Below, piece by piece: positions 36,668-45,483 of a stretch of DNA of 64,000 bases. Made by a program: the position numbers and the translations under genes. The notes beneath the pieces are model-generated. The model had not been told where the DNA came from and did not search any database. It saw only the letters and a list, made by a program, of their open reading frames with translations. The DNA is from Candidatus Moranbacteria bacterium GW2011_GWC2_40_12. Its GTDB lineage: Bacteria > Patescibacteriota > Minisyncoccia > Moranbacterales > UBA11712. The DNA is taken from assembly GCA_000995965.1 (NCBI GenBank), contig LBYD01000002.1, positions 7,889-71,888 of the forward strand, written 5' to 3'. How positions within the stretch are numbered: the stretch's first letter is position 1; each line of letters begins with the position of its first letter.

Positions 36668-37780
36668 ATGGCTGCAAAGAAAAATTTCGCAATAATTTTC
36701 ATTGTTCTTGCTTTGGCTGTTCTCGCTGGCCTGGGATATTTTCTTGTCTTTCCCAAAAACGCGCAAACTTTTGAAAATAAAACTCCCCTCGTCCGATCAG
36801 CCCCCGAACTCAATTCTTTTCGGGGAGTATTGGCGGATGTCTTGAGGAATACGGAAGCAAAAGCCGGGGAAATCAGAGAAAAAATTGCCGAAGCAATCCC
36901 GAACCCCTTTGTAAGCGAAAAAAAAGAAGCTGCGGATGAGAACAAGTTTGTTTTTGCCGTTCTGGGCGACACGCAATATTTCACCGCCGGAAATTCGCGA
37001 GGAAATTTCCAAAAGACTGTTGCCCAAATAAACAAAATAAATCCCGACCTTGTGATTTCCGTCGGCGACCTCATTGGCAACTGCAAAGGGAAAAAAGAAG
37101 ACGCGCAAGATTATGCCGATTGGAAAAATGCGCTCGGAGCGCTCTTCACGAAAACCTACGCCGTGCAGGGAAACCACGACCGGGTGGAAAACGTCGACAA
37201 ATGCGACCGGTTCTGGACAGATATTTTCAATTTTCCGATCGATGGACCAGATGGATTCGCCGAATTCGCCTATTCTCTCGACATCAAAAACTCCCATTTC
37301 GTTTTTTTGGATACTAACAAGCCCGACGCGCACGAAATAAATTCCATCCAGCGCAATTGGCTCGAACAAGACCTCGCCAAAAACAAGAAAGAAAATACTT
37401 TCGTAGTTTTTCACGAGCCGGCTTATCCGGTGAGCGATAAAAAAGGAGAAGGTCTTGACGCCGATCCTTCGGAACGAAACAGCCTTTGGGAAATCATCGA
37501 TAAATATAATGTGACTGGAGTTTTTAACGGACACGAACATATCGTCAGCCGCCGGAAAATTGATTCCAAAGTTTCCTCCGTGGCCAAAAACAGCGTCTAC
37601 CAATTCGTTTTCGGAAACACCGATTCTTTCGATCACGACCTTCCCTCCGCCGGCGTCGCAGAATACGCGAACCAGGGCCAGGGACGTTTTGGCCTCGTAA
37701 AAGTGAACGGCAAAGAAACAACCGTCGAAACGCACGGCCCGGACGGAACCTTGCTCAACACGTTTACATTCTCAAAATAG
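36668..37780 (+). CDS. Membrane-anchored calcineurin-like metallophosphoesterase
   Basis: GDTQ, GDL, GNHD, FHEP, GHEH motifs. Confidence 0.92.
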   Translation: MAAKKNFAIIFIVLALAVLAGLGYFLVFPKNAQTFENKTPLVRSAPELNSFRGVLADVLRNTEAKAGEIREKIAEAIPNPFVSEKKEAADENKFVFAVLGDTQYFTAGNSRGNFQKTVAQINKINPDLVISVGDLIGNCKGKKEDAQDYADWKNALGALFTKTYAVQGNHDRVENVDKCDRFWTDIFNFPIDGPDGFAEFAYSLDIKNSHFVFLDTNKPDAHEINSIQRNWLEQDLAKNKKENTFVVFHEPAYPVSDKKGEGLDADPSERNSLWEIIDKYNVTGVFNGHEHIVSRRKIDSKVSSVAKNSVYQFVFGNTDSFDHDLPSAGVAEYANQGQGRFGLVKVNGKETTVETHGPDGTLLNTFTFSK

Positions 37781-37797
37781 TCCTATAAAATACGGGC

Positions 37798-38022
37798 ATG
37801 ATTGCTCAATTTGCCTATTCGATATACTTTGGATTGCCTGTAGTAGCCTATGCCGGCATAATTACCCTTCTTCTTTTGCTGACGACGGCCACGCTTGGCT
37901 ATCTTTCGCTTTACAGGAATATTCAAAATGGCTTCAAACTTCATTTTTTCTTCGCGCGAATAACCATAGCTTTCGCGCTTATTCACGCTATTCTGGCGAT
38001 TTCGGCCTACTTAAAGTTCTGA
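37798..38022 (+). CDS. Small 2-TM membrane protein
   Basis: Hydrophobic helices with two His (LH...IHA). Confidence 0.7.
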   Translation: MIAQFAYSIYFGLPVVAYAGIITLLLLLTTATLGYLSLYRNIQNGFKLHFFFARITIAFALIHAILAISAYLKF

Positions 38023-38136
38023 CCCCGCAGAACAAATCCTGAAATAAACGTTCATATTCTTTGTATTATTCTTTTAGAGGGAAGACTTTCTTGCTATTTC
38101 AAATAATTTTTTTATCATAATAATTAAGAAAAAAAT

Positions 38137-38622
38137 ATGGAGGAACAGGTGGAGAAAAACGAAACTCCCGGGGAGTCGTCCAGCAACACGAATTACTGGA
38201 TCATTGTCATCGTCGCGCTGATTATGATTATTGGCATAATCTGGTATGCCGGCGCCAAGAAAAAAGTCGATCTTAATGAAGCGCCATCCTCGATACCCTC
38301 TCAAAATTCGCAGTCGACAAGCCAGTCAACGAGCGAAGTTCAAAAACAAACCGAAGCCGTTATTGAATACACTGATTCCGGCTTTTCGCCCCAGAGCGTA
38401 ACCGTCAAGATTAGCGACACCGTGGCATTCACCAACAACAGTTCCGGCGAAATGTGGGTCGCTTCCGCTCCGCACCCGGTTCACACAGATTATCCGGAAT
38501 TAGATGCCAAAAGGGCATACACCAAAGGTGAAACTTATTCCTTTACTTTCGAGAAAACAGGAACTTGGAAATTCCACAACCATCTCAACCCCACCAAGTT
38601 TGGTTCAGTAACTGTTCAATAA
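38137..38622 (+). CDS. Membrane-anchored cupredoxin-fold protein
   Basis: GFSPQSVTVK..DTV.F.N, SAPHPVHTDYP, GTWKFHNHLNP. Confidence 0.85.
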   Translation: MEEQVEKNETPGESSSNTNYWIIVIVALIMIIGIIWYAGAKKKVDLNEAPSSIPSQNSQSTSQSTSEVQKQTEAVIEYTDSGFSPQSVTVKISDTVAFTNNSSGEMWVASAPHPVHTDYPELDAKRAYTKGETYSFTFEKTGTWKFHNHLNPTKFGSVTVQ

Positions 38623-38634
38623 AAGAAAAAAAAT

Positions 38635-38865
38635 ATGCCAAAAGTCCCAAACACCCCCAAAAACACAGGCAGATGTTTTTGCCTGAAGTGCCCCACTTTT
38701 CTCCAGTCGGATTGCCCGAAGGAGAAACAGGAAATATTATACTGCGCCAAGGGAAAATCTTCTTGCGATCTCGAGGAAAAAGGATGTCTTTGCGGCGCCT
38801 GCCCTGTGCATGAAGAGTATAACCTGGATGGCGGATATTTCTGCTTTCGCGGCGCGGCTGAATAG
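38635..38865 (+). CDS. DUF2769-like Cys-rich protein
   Basis: C.C..CPT...LYC..GKS.C....GC.C..CPV...Y.L...YFC..G pattern. Confidence 0.8.
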   Translation: MPKVPNTPKNTGRCFCLKCPTFLQSDCPKEKQEILYCAKGKSSCDLEEKGCLCGACPVHEEYNLDGGYFCFRGAAE

Positions 38866-38885
38866 AAATAAAAAATATCCGAGAG

Positions 38886-38927
38886 ATAAAAATATATCAG
38901 TATACTAGTATACTGATATATTTTTAT
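38886..38927. repeat. Perfect 42-bp palindrome
   Basis: ATAAAAATATATCAGTATACT/AGTATACTGATATATTTTTAT. Confidence 0.9.
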
Positions 38928-38946
38928 GGGAGTTTTATTTATTTTT

Positions 38947-40452
38947 TTACTTTTCTCCCAGCCACTTCACCCCGCAAATTTCCCCCAGATCCTTATTCAT
39001 CGCGACTAAATCCTCACTCGATAATTCATTCACGTCATTTTTTCCCAAAATTCTCGCAATTTCTGCTATTTCTTCGGTTGATATTTTGACAAAGTTTGAA
39101 AGTTTTCGAACGCCTTCTTTGATTTTCAATTGACTGGTCAACTCCGGCCGATGAGTCGTCACTCCTGTCGGGCAAAGTCCCGTGTGGCAAACGCGATACT
39201 GCTGGCAATTGATGGCGATGAGAGCGGCTGTCCCGATATAAACCGCATCCGCGCCCAGCGCCAGACATTTGGCAAAATCTGCTGAAATGCGGAGTCCGCC
39301 GGCCGCAATGAGAGAAATATTATTTTTTACTCCTAAATCTTTTAGCATTTTATATGCCCGGGGAACAGCGGCAAAAACCGGAATTCCGACATTATCTTTC
39401 ACGAATGCGTCCGTGGCTCCCGTTCCTCCGCCGAATCCGTCAATCGCGATGAAATCGACTCCGGCCTCGGCCAAAACTTTCACATCCTTCTCAACATTTC
39501 CGCAGCCGATTTTCGCGCCGACAGGAACGCCGCCCGTCATTTCGCGAAGCCACGCAACTTTATTTTTTATTTCCTCCAAAGTTTCCATATCATGATGATG
39601 CGCTGGTGAATAAGCCGGCTCACCAGTCTTGAGTCCCCGCAGATTCGCGACTTCCTCCGTCATTTTTTTGGCCGGCAGATAGCTTCCCTTCCCGGGATAG
39701 GCGCCTTGTCCGAAGCGGATTTCCACCGCCGCCACTTTTTTGATCACATCTTCATTCAATCCGAATCGCCCGGTCGCGTATTGTCCGATCAGAAATTCTT
39801 TCGATTCATATTCTTCATCGAGTATCCCCCCTTCTCCTGAATTGAAACCGATTTTCAGATATTTGGCCGCTTGCGAAATGACAAGATGCACATTTTTCGA
39901 AGTGGATCCGAAACTCATTCCCGAAATCATTATCGGGGAAGAAACTTTCATCGGCTTTTTGGCTTTCGGACCGATGGTAACTTCTGTGTTCACTTTTTCT
40001 TCCCGGTCGAGCGGAATTTTCGCCACTTGTGCGGGCATGAAATGCAAATTACCAAGTGAAAAATTGCAACCCGGTTTTTTGAGCGAACCCATCGGACGGA
40101 CAATTCTCTCCCCTGTTTCAGCCAGCGTTTTGATGTCAACGACGGTTTGATAAAATTCATCGCTCTCATTTGATTTCTTTTTCCGCATCACAACTTTTCC
40201 ACCAAAGGCGGATCCGCCTCGGCCGGAAGCTAGTTCTATTGTGTCCCGCGTGCAATAATATATTTCTTTGAGATTATTTTCCGACCAAACCAAACATCCC
40301 GGGCAAAGACAACTCTTAGCGCTGACATCACACTGACTGTGCCCTATTTCTTCAGAGCAATACAAAACTTCCCCATTGCAATCATGCGGATAAGAAGGAC
40401 AATTGGGACAAAGGCATTTTTGACGGTTTTCCTTGGAATTTTTGACCGGCAT
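38947..40452 (-). CDS. FMN-binding glutamate synthase-family protein with N-terminal DUF2769-like domain
   Basis: GMSFGS, NSGEGG, EIRFGQGA.PG.G..LP, IDG.GGGTGA, LALGADAV, C...RVCHTG.CP.GVTT. Confidence 0.9.
   Translation of the reverse strand: MPVKNSKENRQKCLCPNCPSYPHDCNGEVLYCSEEIGHSQCDVSAKSCLCPGCLVWSENNLKEIYYCTRDTIELASGRGGSAFGGKVVMRKKKSNESDEFYQTVVDIKTLAETGERIVRPMGSLKKPGCNFSLGNLHFMPAQVAKIPLDREEKVNTEVTIGPKAKKPMKVSSPIMISGMSFGSTSKNVHLVISQAAKYLKIGFNSGEGGILDEEYESKEFLIGQYATGRFGLNEDVIKKVAAVEIRFGQGAYPGKGSYLPAKKMTEEVANLRGLKTGEPAYSPAHHHDMETLEEIKNKVAWLREMTGGVPVGAKIGCGNVEKDVKVLAEAGVDFIAIDGFGGGTGATDAFVKDNVGIPVFAAVPRAYKMLKDLGVKNNISLIAAGGLRISADFAKCLALGADAVYIGTAALIAINCQQYRVCHTGLCPTGVTTHRPELTSQLKIKEGVRKLSNFVKISTEEIAEIARILGKNDVNELSSEDLVAMNKDLGEICGVKWLGEK
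40197..40228. repeat. Palindromic element inside the CDS
   Basis: Core AGGCGGATCCGCCT (40206-40219) is perfectly palindromic; encodes SGRGGSAFGG in the domain linker. Confidence 0.65.
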
Positions 40453-40505
40453 AAAATAAGTATACTCTCAATCCTTTATACCAATACTATATACAAAAAA
40501 ATGAA

Positions 40506-40670
40506 GGGTCTCAAGGAGTTCCGACTCTTCGCGTACTAAGGGGAAGCTTAGACGCGCGAAAGAAAATAGAACTTCTCAAGACCCGTATGGCGGGGCCGAG
40601 CTTTGATATTTTCTCAGCTGGCTTCTTTCCAACCTTTTTTGCGGTTGACTCAAAGCGATTCTGGGCCCCG
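40506..40670. ncRNA. Candidate structured RNA with two long hairpins
   Basis: GGGTCT/AGACCC multi-segment hairpin (40506-40584) and CGGGGCC/GGCCCCG hairpin (40591-40670). Confidence 0.4.
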
Positions 40671-41058
40671 TGTAATGAACTACTACACCGGATAAGGCAT
40701 TTTTCTTTTGGAAAATGAATTCAGAAATCCCGCCGAAATCCGCTAGACAAGGACGCAGTATCCTATCATTTAACCCTATAATCTCTCACGACAATCCCGC
40801 CTCTAATTCTCTTAACCGAAACCCGTTGTTTTTCTCGCCAGCCGAGTTCACGGATGATCTCAATTGGAATCGTCACCGCGAGGCTAGTTTTTCCGACCCT
40901 CGTTATTTTTCTCGTGTTTTTGTCTTTTAGTTTCATATACTTATCGAAGTAAGTATTAAAGTAAGTATTTTCTGCCCCTATCCTAACCCAAACCGCCGAT
41001 TTTGTCGAGAAAAAACAGGACTAGATCCTGTTCTTATTTCATATGGATACTGGCTTTG

Positions 41059-41313
41059 TTATTCCAAGTCTTTTTTCATCTTCTCGAAATCCTCTTTGGT
41101 TATCTCGCCCTTGGCGTAACGCTGCTTGAGAATATCCAAAGCGCTTTTTTCCTTTTGCTTATGTTCACCAAGATCATGCCCGCAAGCGTGGCCGGAAAAG
41201 CCGCGGATCAAAGCGAAAACCGCGAAAAATATCAGCGCCCAAAAGATGATCATGAAAACGAAGCCGAAACCAAAGCCCAACCCCCCCATATGCCCGTAAT
41301 AATTTCCCCACAT
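41059..41313 (-). CDS. SHOCT-domain membrane protein
   Basis: Gly-rich TM plus ALDILKQRYAKGEITKEDF. Confidence 0.88.
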   Translation of the reverse strand: MWGNYYGHMGGLGFGFGFVFMIIFWALIFFAVFALIRGFSGHACGHDLGEHKQKEKSALDILKQRYAKGEITKEDFEKMKKDLE

Positions 41314-41445
41314 ATGTTTTTCTTACTATTTATCCTCTGAAATATTTATTACGCTTTGGGCATTTCTTTGTTTCGGTTGCCATATTTATCAAGAAAAAAA
41401 GCCCCAGGGAAACTTCTCGTTGGTGAGAAGCTCCCCAGAGCAAGC

Positions 41446-42693
41446 TTAGGCCTCTCCAGTCTGCCCGGCAGCAGCCAAATTTCTGACAGTATCGGCCGCC
41501 CAGGCAACCCACCCCTGGGACCAAACATGCAAATTTTCCTGCTTTTTGTCCATACTGGCCTTTTCCTCGCAATAGAGGCAGTTAGGCCCGCCGTCGATCT
41601 CGACCACGTCATAAGTGCCTTTGTAAAGATCGAGAGTAACGTGACCAGTAATGAAGCGCGCCGCGCTGGCAATCGCGGCTTGGAGCATCGCCGAGACGGG
41701 ATGGAAAAACTTCCCGCCATAAACCGCTTTGGCAAACATGCGGGAAGTGATGTCAAGATAGAGGCGACTCTCGTCGTCAATGATCACCCCAACCATTATC
41801 AGATATGCGATGAAAACCAGGGTCACTCCCGGAGATTCGTAGATTCCCCTGCTTTTGAGGCCAAGCACGCGGTTTTCAATCTGGTCGAGACCGATCCCAA
41901 TGGCATTTTCTCCGGCAATGGCGTTGAGAGTCAGAAAAATCTCCTCCAGATTCATTTCTACGTCGTTTACTGCCACGGGCCGCCCCGCCTTGAAAATGAT
42001 CTTCACTCGCGTTTTTTTGTCCGGGGCATCGAAGGGGCTATTACCCATGACAAACTTCACGGCACTCGTGGCCGTAGTGAGTTTTTCCAGAATTCCCGCC
42101 TCATGGGTCAGCCCGGCGAAATTGGCGTCGGTGGAATAGGGCTGTTCCAAGGTAGCGGAAATTACCAGGCCAAAGTTCTCGCAATAATGGATCATTTCCG
42201 GGCGACCGCCGAGTTCGTCAATGAAGCTCTGGTCCCGCCAAGGGACATACATCTCCAGATCGGGAGCGAGAGCCGCGAGGGCCAGCTCGAACCTGATCTG
42301 ATCATTGCCTTTGCCCGTGGAGCCATGGGATACCGCATCGGCACCCACTTTGCGAATAGTTGGCAAAGCTACTGCCACAGCTGCCATGCGGGCAATGGAG
42401 GTCGTCAGCATATAACGGCCATCGTAGCAGGCCAGGCCTTGGATAACCTTCAGCATATACTCTGCCAGCTTGGCTTTGCCGTCAATGAGATACGCCTCAA
42501 CCGCTCCTGCGGCCTTCATGCGCCGTGGAATATCCGAAAGGTCATTTTCATCCGGCTGGGCAAAATCCACCGTGATGGCGATGACCCGAATGCCTTTTTC
42601 GGTCATCCACTTGATTATGGCAGTACTGTCCAGCCCGCCCGATACCAAAACCGCAATGGTCTTTCCGACAAAATCTTTCCAAGTTTTAAACAT
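41446..42693 (-). CDS. argG: Argininosuccinate synthase
   Basis: SGGLDS, HGSTGKGNDQIRF, YSTDAN, THEAG.LE, IENR..G.KSRGIYESPG; own SD AAGGAGG before ATG 42693. Confidence 0.93.
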   Translation of the reverse strand: MFKTWKDFVGKTIAVLVSGGLDSTAIIKWMTEKGIRVIAITVDFAQPDENDLSDIPRRMKAAGAVEAYLIDGKAKLAEYMLKVIQGLACYDGRYMLTTSIARMAAVAVALPTIRKVGADAVSHGSTGKGNDQIRFELALAALAPDLEMYVPWRDQSFIDELGGRPEMIHYCENFGLVISATLEQPYSTDANFAGLTHEAGILEKLTTATSAVKFVMGNSPFDAPDKKTRVKIIFKAGRPVAVNDVEMNLEEIFLTLNAIAGENAIGIGLDQIENRVLGLKSRGIYESPGVTLVFIAYLIMVGVIIDDESRLYLDITSRMFAKAVYGGKFFHPVSAMLQAAIASAARFITGHVTLDLYKGTYDVVEIDGGPNCLYCEEKASMDKKQENLHVWSQGWVAWAADTVRNLAAAGQTGEA

Positions 42694-43254
42694 GACTGCC
42701 TCCTTTAGACAAGCTATCACCCCTCTCTGGGATGGCTTTCCGCAACTCTCTTTGTTGCTGAAATTCCAGTTAACGCTTTCTCCTGGGAAGTTTTTCGGAA
42801 ACCCGATCACTTGAACGCGACGAAGATTCCCGAAATCTTTTTCTTTATCAGCTTTCCTTACTTCGGTGGTGATGACGAATAGATCATCAAAGCCAATGTA
42901 GGCAACCTCGACCAAAGTATCCCCGTTCACATGACAAAGGACCGAACCCAGATCAAGAACGGGAATAATCACCACGGCAGTAATTCCCTTTTTGGCTAAG
43001 AAATCCTGGACTTTTATCTGGTTTTTTTCCAGGATATTCCGGGCCAACTGCTTCTCTCTGAAGGTCTTGTTTCTTCTTCCCAGTGGACCGAAATCGCGTG
43101 GAATTCCGCGACGTTTGAATTCCCGATTTATCTGCAAGCCTCCTCCGACGCAAATCACCACGTAATGTGTTTGAGATAGATCCCCGAGCTATTTGATAAC
43201 ATCCCGGCGAGTAACTAAATCGCCCGAGACTTTTACGAAAGCGGTTTTACGCAT
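42694..43254 (-). pseudogene. Small amino-acid-kinase-fold-like gene with in-frame TAG and no stop before argG
   Basis: MRKTAFVKVSGDL...VIK*LGDL...VVICVGGG.QIN; TAG at 43189-43191. Confidence 0.6.
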
Positions 43255-43386
43255 ATTTGCAACCCCCTTATTCCCAGCCCGAAGCTGTATTTTATTGGTA
43301 AAGAAGTGGATACAAAATAGCGCAGATGCAAATATTTATCAAGAAAAAGGGGGCTTTGAGCCTGGATGTTTATTTTTGCGCATTGG

Positions 43387-44403
43387 CTAATAAGTGCACC
43401 AGGGATTCGGGTATTCGTCGGGATCAAGACAGCATTCCATATCGAGATGCTTCCCTTTGTTCTGCCGGCTCTTTCGCGGCTTGTCATTTTTCTTGGCGCA
43501 GACCAATTTGCCGCCCACAACTTTGAAAGACACTGGTTTTGGCGCGGTTATTTTGGGTTTGAGGGGCGCGGGTTTCGGTCTCACAATATCAATGAGCCCC
43601 AAAGTGGAGGCCGCGGCATAATACTGCGGGAAATTATCGTTGATAGCCAACCTGGGATCAGCTCCTTGCTGGGATTCTGCGCTGAGGACTGGAACAATAT
43701 TATAAATATATCGTTCTTTCACAATACTAAAAAACAAAGCGGGACCATAGCAGTCATCTGTTGGAGGAATATATATTTCTTCGGCGGGAAAATCATCAAC
43801 GTCGAACGCGTGGCCTTCGATATTTTGGCATCGCGCATCATTTTTCAGATCTTGATTTTTTAGAGTTGGATATTCTTCGGTATTCGATATCTCCTTCGTT
43901 TTCGGAACGTCATAAACAGCCACATCAAACCCAAGATAGGGATTCTCTCCAGCATCATTTTTTCTGAATTGATAGCGGGCCTCCCATTTCGATCCGGCCG
44001 ATTTTCTCTGGCTTTTTGGCGCGATCCATTCACCGGGATATTTCACAGAAAAACCCCAAAACTGGTTGCTGAAATCCTTCCAGCCGCCCAAGTCAGTTGA
44101 ATTTATTATCTTTTCAGCCTCCGCCGAAATATCCGTTTCTGTCATGATCGGATCCGGACTGCTGTCTCCGGCGACGACTCCCTCAGTCTCATCGGCGATT
44201 TTCACGGCGGCGGCCGGCATCCTTTCTCCGGCTGGGGCGCTTCGAAAATTTCGGGGCATATTTGAATATAAAAATGCCGCCGCAAAAAAAATGGCAGCTG
44301 ACACGACGACGATGTCCCTTTTTATGTTCGTCCGGCATGTCATTCCTCTGCAAAATATCGAGTTCCACTCCCTGAATGATTTTTTGAAATTTTCGATGGT
44401 CAT
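43387..44403 (-). CDS. Membrane-anchored protein, PsbP-like region plus Cys-rich C-terminal module (paralog C)
   Basis: GWKDFSNQFWGFSVKYP; C-terminal HLDMECCLDPDEYPNPWCTY. Confidence 0.8.
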   Translation of the reverse strand: MTIENFKKSFREWNSIFCRGMTCRTNIKRDIVVVSAAIFFAAAFLYSNMPRNFRSAPAGERMPAAAVKIADETEGVVAGDSSPDPIMTETDISAEAEKIINSTDLGGWKDFSNQFWGFSVKYPGEWIAPKSQRKSAGSKWEARYQFRKNDAGENPYLGFDVAVYDVPKTKEISNTEEYPTLKNQDLKNDARCQNIEGHAFDVDDFPAEEIYIPPTDDCYGPALFFSIVKERYIYNIVPVLSAESQQGADPRLAINDNFPQYYAAASTLGLIDIVRPKPAPLKPKITAPKPVSFKVVGGKLVCAKKNDKPRKSRQNKGKHLDMECCLDPDEYPNPWCTY

Positions 44404-44573
44404 AATTTATGAATTAGGGTTAGTCATTTTCTGTTATTACATCGGCATCGGAAAAATATCTCACAGGTCACTCAATGTCCAGCGCAACCAAGAGCGCAGT
44501 GACCAATCCGAAAAAGGATATTTTTAAACAACCGGCGCTTTATGCTATATACTTTATACTATATACTTTATGT

Positions 44574-45431
44574 ATGCTATACATTTGGCAACATATTCCC
44601 CAATATATCAACCCGATCGCCTTCAACATCGGACCGATTCAAATTGCCTGGTATGGGATTATGTATTTGGTTGCCTTCGCAGTAGTTTATTATTTCGTCC
44701 GCTATCGGATTCAGAGGGATAATTTGGGAATTTCACTTGAAACCGTCCAGGATTTTTTTCCGTGGGCGATTGTCGGGCTTCTTCTGGGCGCGCGGCTGGG
44801 AGATGTTTTCATTTATGATTGGAGTTATTTCCAAAATCATCTCTCGCAGATTTTTCTCCCGTTTGATATTCATAACAATTGGCAATATATCGGGATTTAC
44901 GGGATGAGCTATTTTGGGGGACTCGTTGGACTGATTATCACTTTCGTAATATTCTCATTTTTAAGGTTCGGCCTTAAAAAACGGAGTATTGCAAAAATAC
45001 TGGAGTTCTCTGATCTTTTCGCACCTGCTGTTCCGCTCGGTTTCACTTTCGGCCGCTTGGGAAATTTCGCGAACGGGGAACTCTGGGGCCGAGTGACGAA
45101 TAAGTTTTGGGGAATGTATTTCCCCGCTGATTTTTCCGGCCAACTCCGCCACCCATCGCAGCTTTATGAAGCGTTTCTTGAGGGAATTTTGCTCTTTGCG
45201 GTGTTGTGGAGTATTAGAAAAATAAAATTTCCGACAGGATATCTCACTGCCCTTTATTTGATCGGCTACGGCCTCGCCCGCTTCACAGCCGAATTCTTCC
45301 GCGAGCCTGACAACGGCTGGATTTTTTGGCAACTGACATTTGGGCAATGGTTGTCAGTTTTCCTGTTCATAACAGGAACATCCCTGCTTTTTCGCAGAAA
45401 ATCTTCCAGCTTCCGGCTGCCACTTCACTAA
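44574..45431 (+). CDS. lgt: Prolipoprotein diacylglyceryl transferase
   Basis: WYG..Y, GARLG, GMSYFGG, GRLGNF.NGELWGR, RHPSQLYE, EFFREPD. Confidence 0.96.
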   Translation: MLYIWQHIPQYINPIAFNIGPIQIAWYGIMYLVAFAVVYYFVRYRIQRDNLGISLETVQDFFPWAIVGLLLGARLGDVFIYDWSYFQNHLSQIFLPFDIHNNWQYIGIYGMSYFGGLVGLIITFVIFSFLRFGLKKRSIAKILEFSDLFAPAVPLGFTFGRLGNFANGELWGRVTNKFWGMYFPADFSGQLRHPSQLYEAFLEGILLFAVLWSIRKIKFPTGYLTALYLIGYGLARFTAEFFREPDNGWIFWQLTFGQWLSVFLFITGTSLLFRRKSSSFRLPLH

Positions 45432-45483
45432 AAATACACTTTGTGCTATACAAATAAAACTCCGCTTACTGCTGTATCAGTTT

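Noticed and set aside
40590-40672. tmRNA 5' end (GGGGCC... on the minus strand)
   Set aside because: No GGATTCGAC-like motif, tag ORF or tRNA-like 3' end; kept only as an unclassified structured RNA
41356-42708. Long antisense ORFs (450 aa opposite argG; also 53550-54629, 36797-37735, 15021-15824, 32792-33586)
   Set aside because: Fully overlap well-supported genes on the other strand and show no motifs
41446-43161. 571-aa ArgG as a genuine fusion protein
   Set aside because: argG has its own SD and ATG at 42693 and the upstream gene is broken by TAG
44541-44582. Short TATAC/TATGC tandem repeats before lgt (also TTAGGAATTA at about 22010 and GTTTCAC x3 at about 53164)
   Set aside because: Low-complexity and too short to support a functional claim
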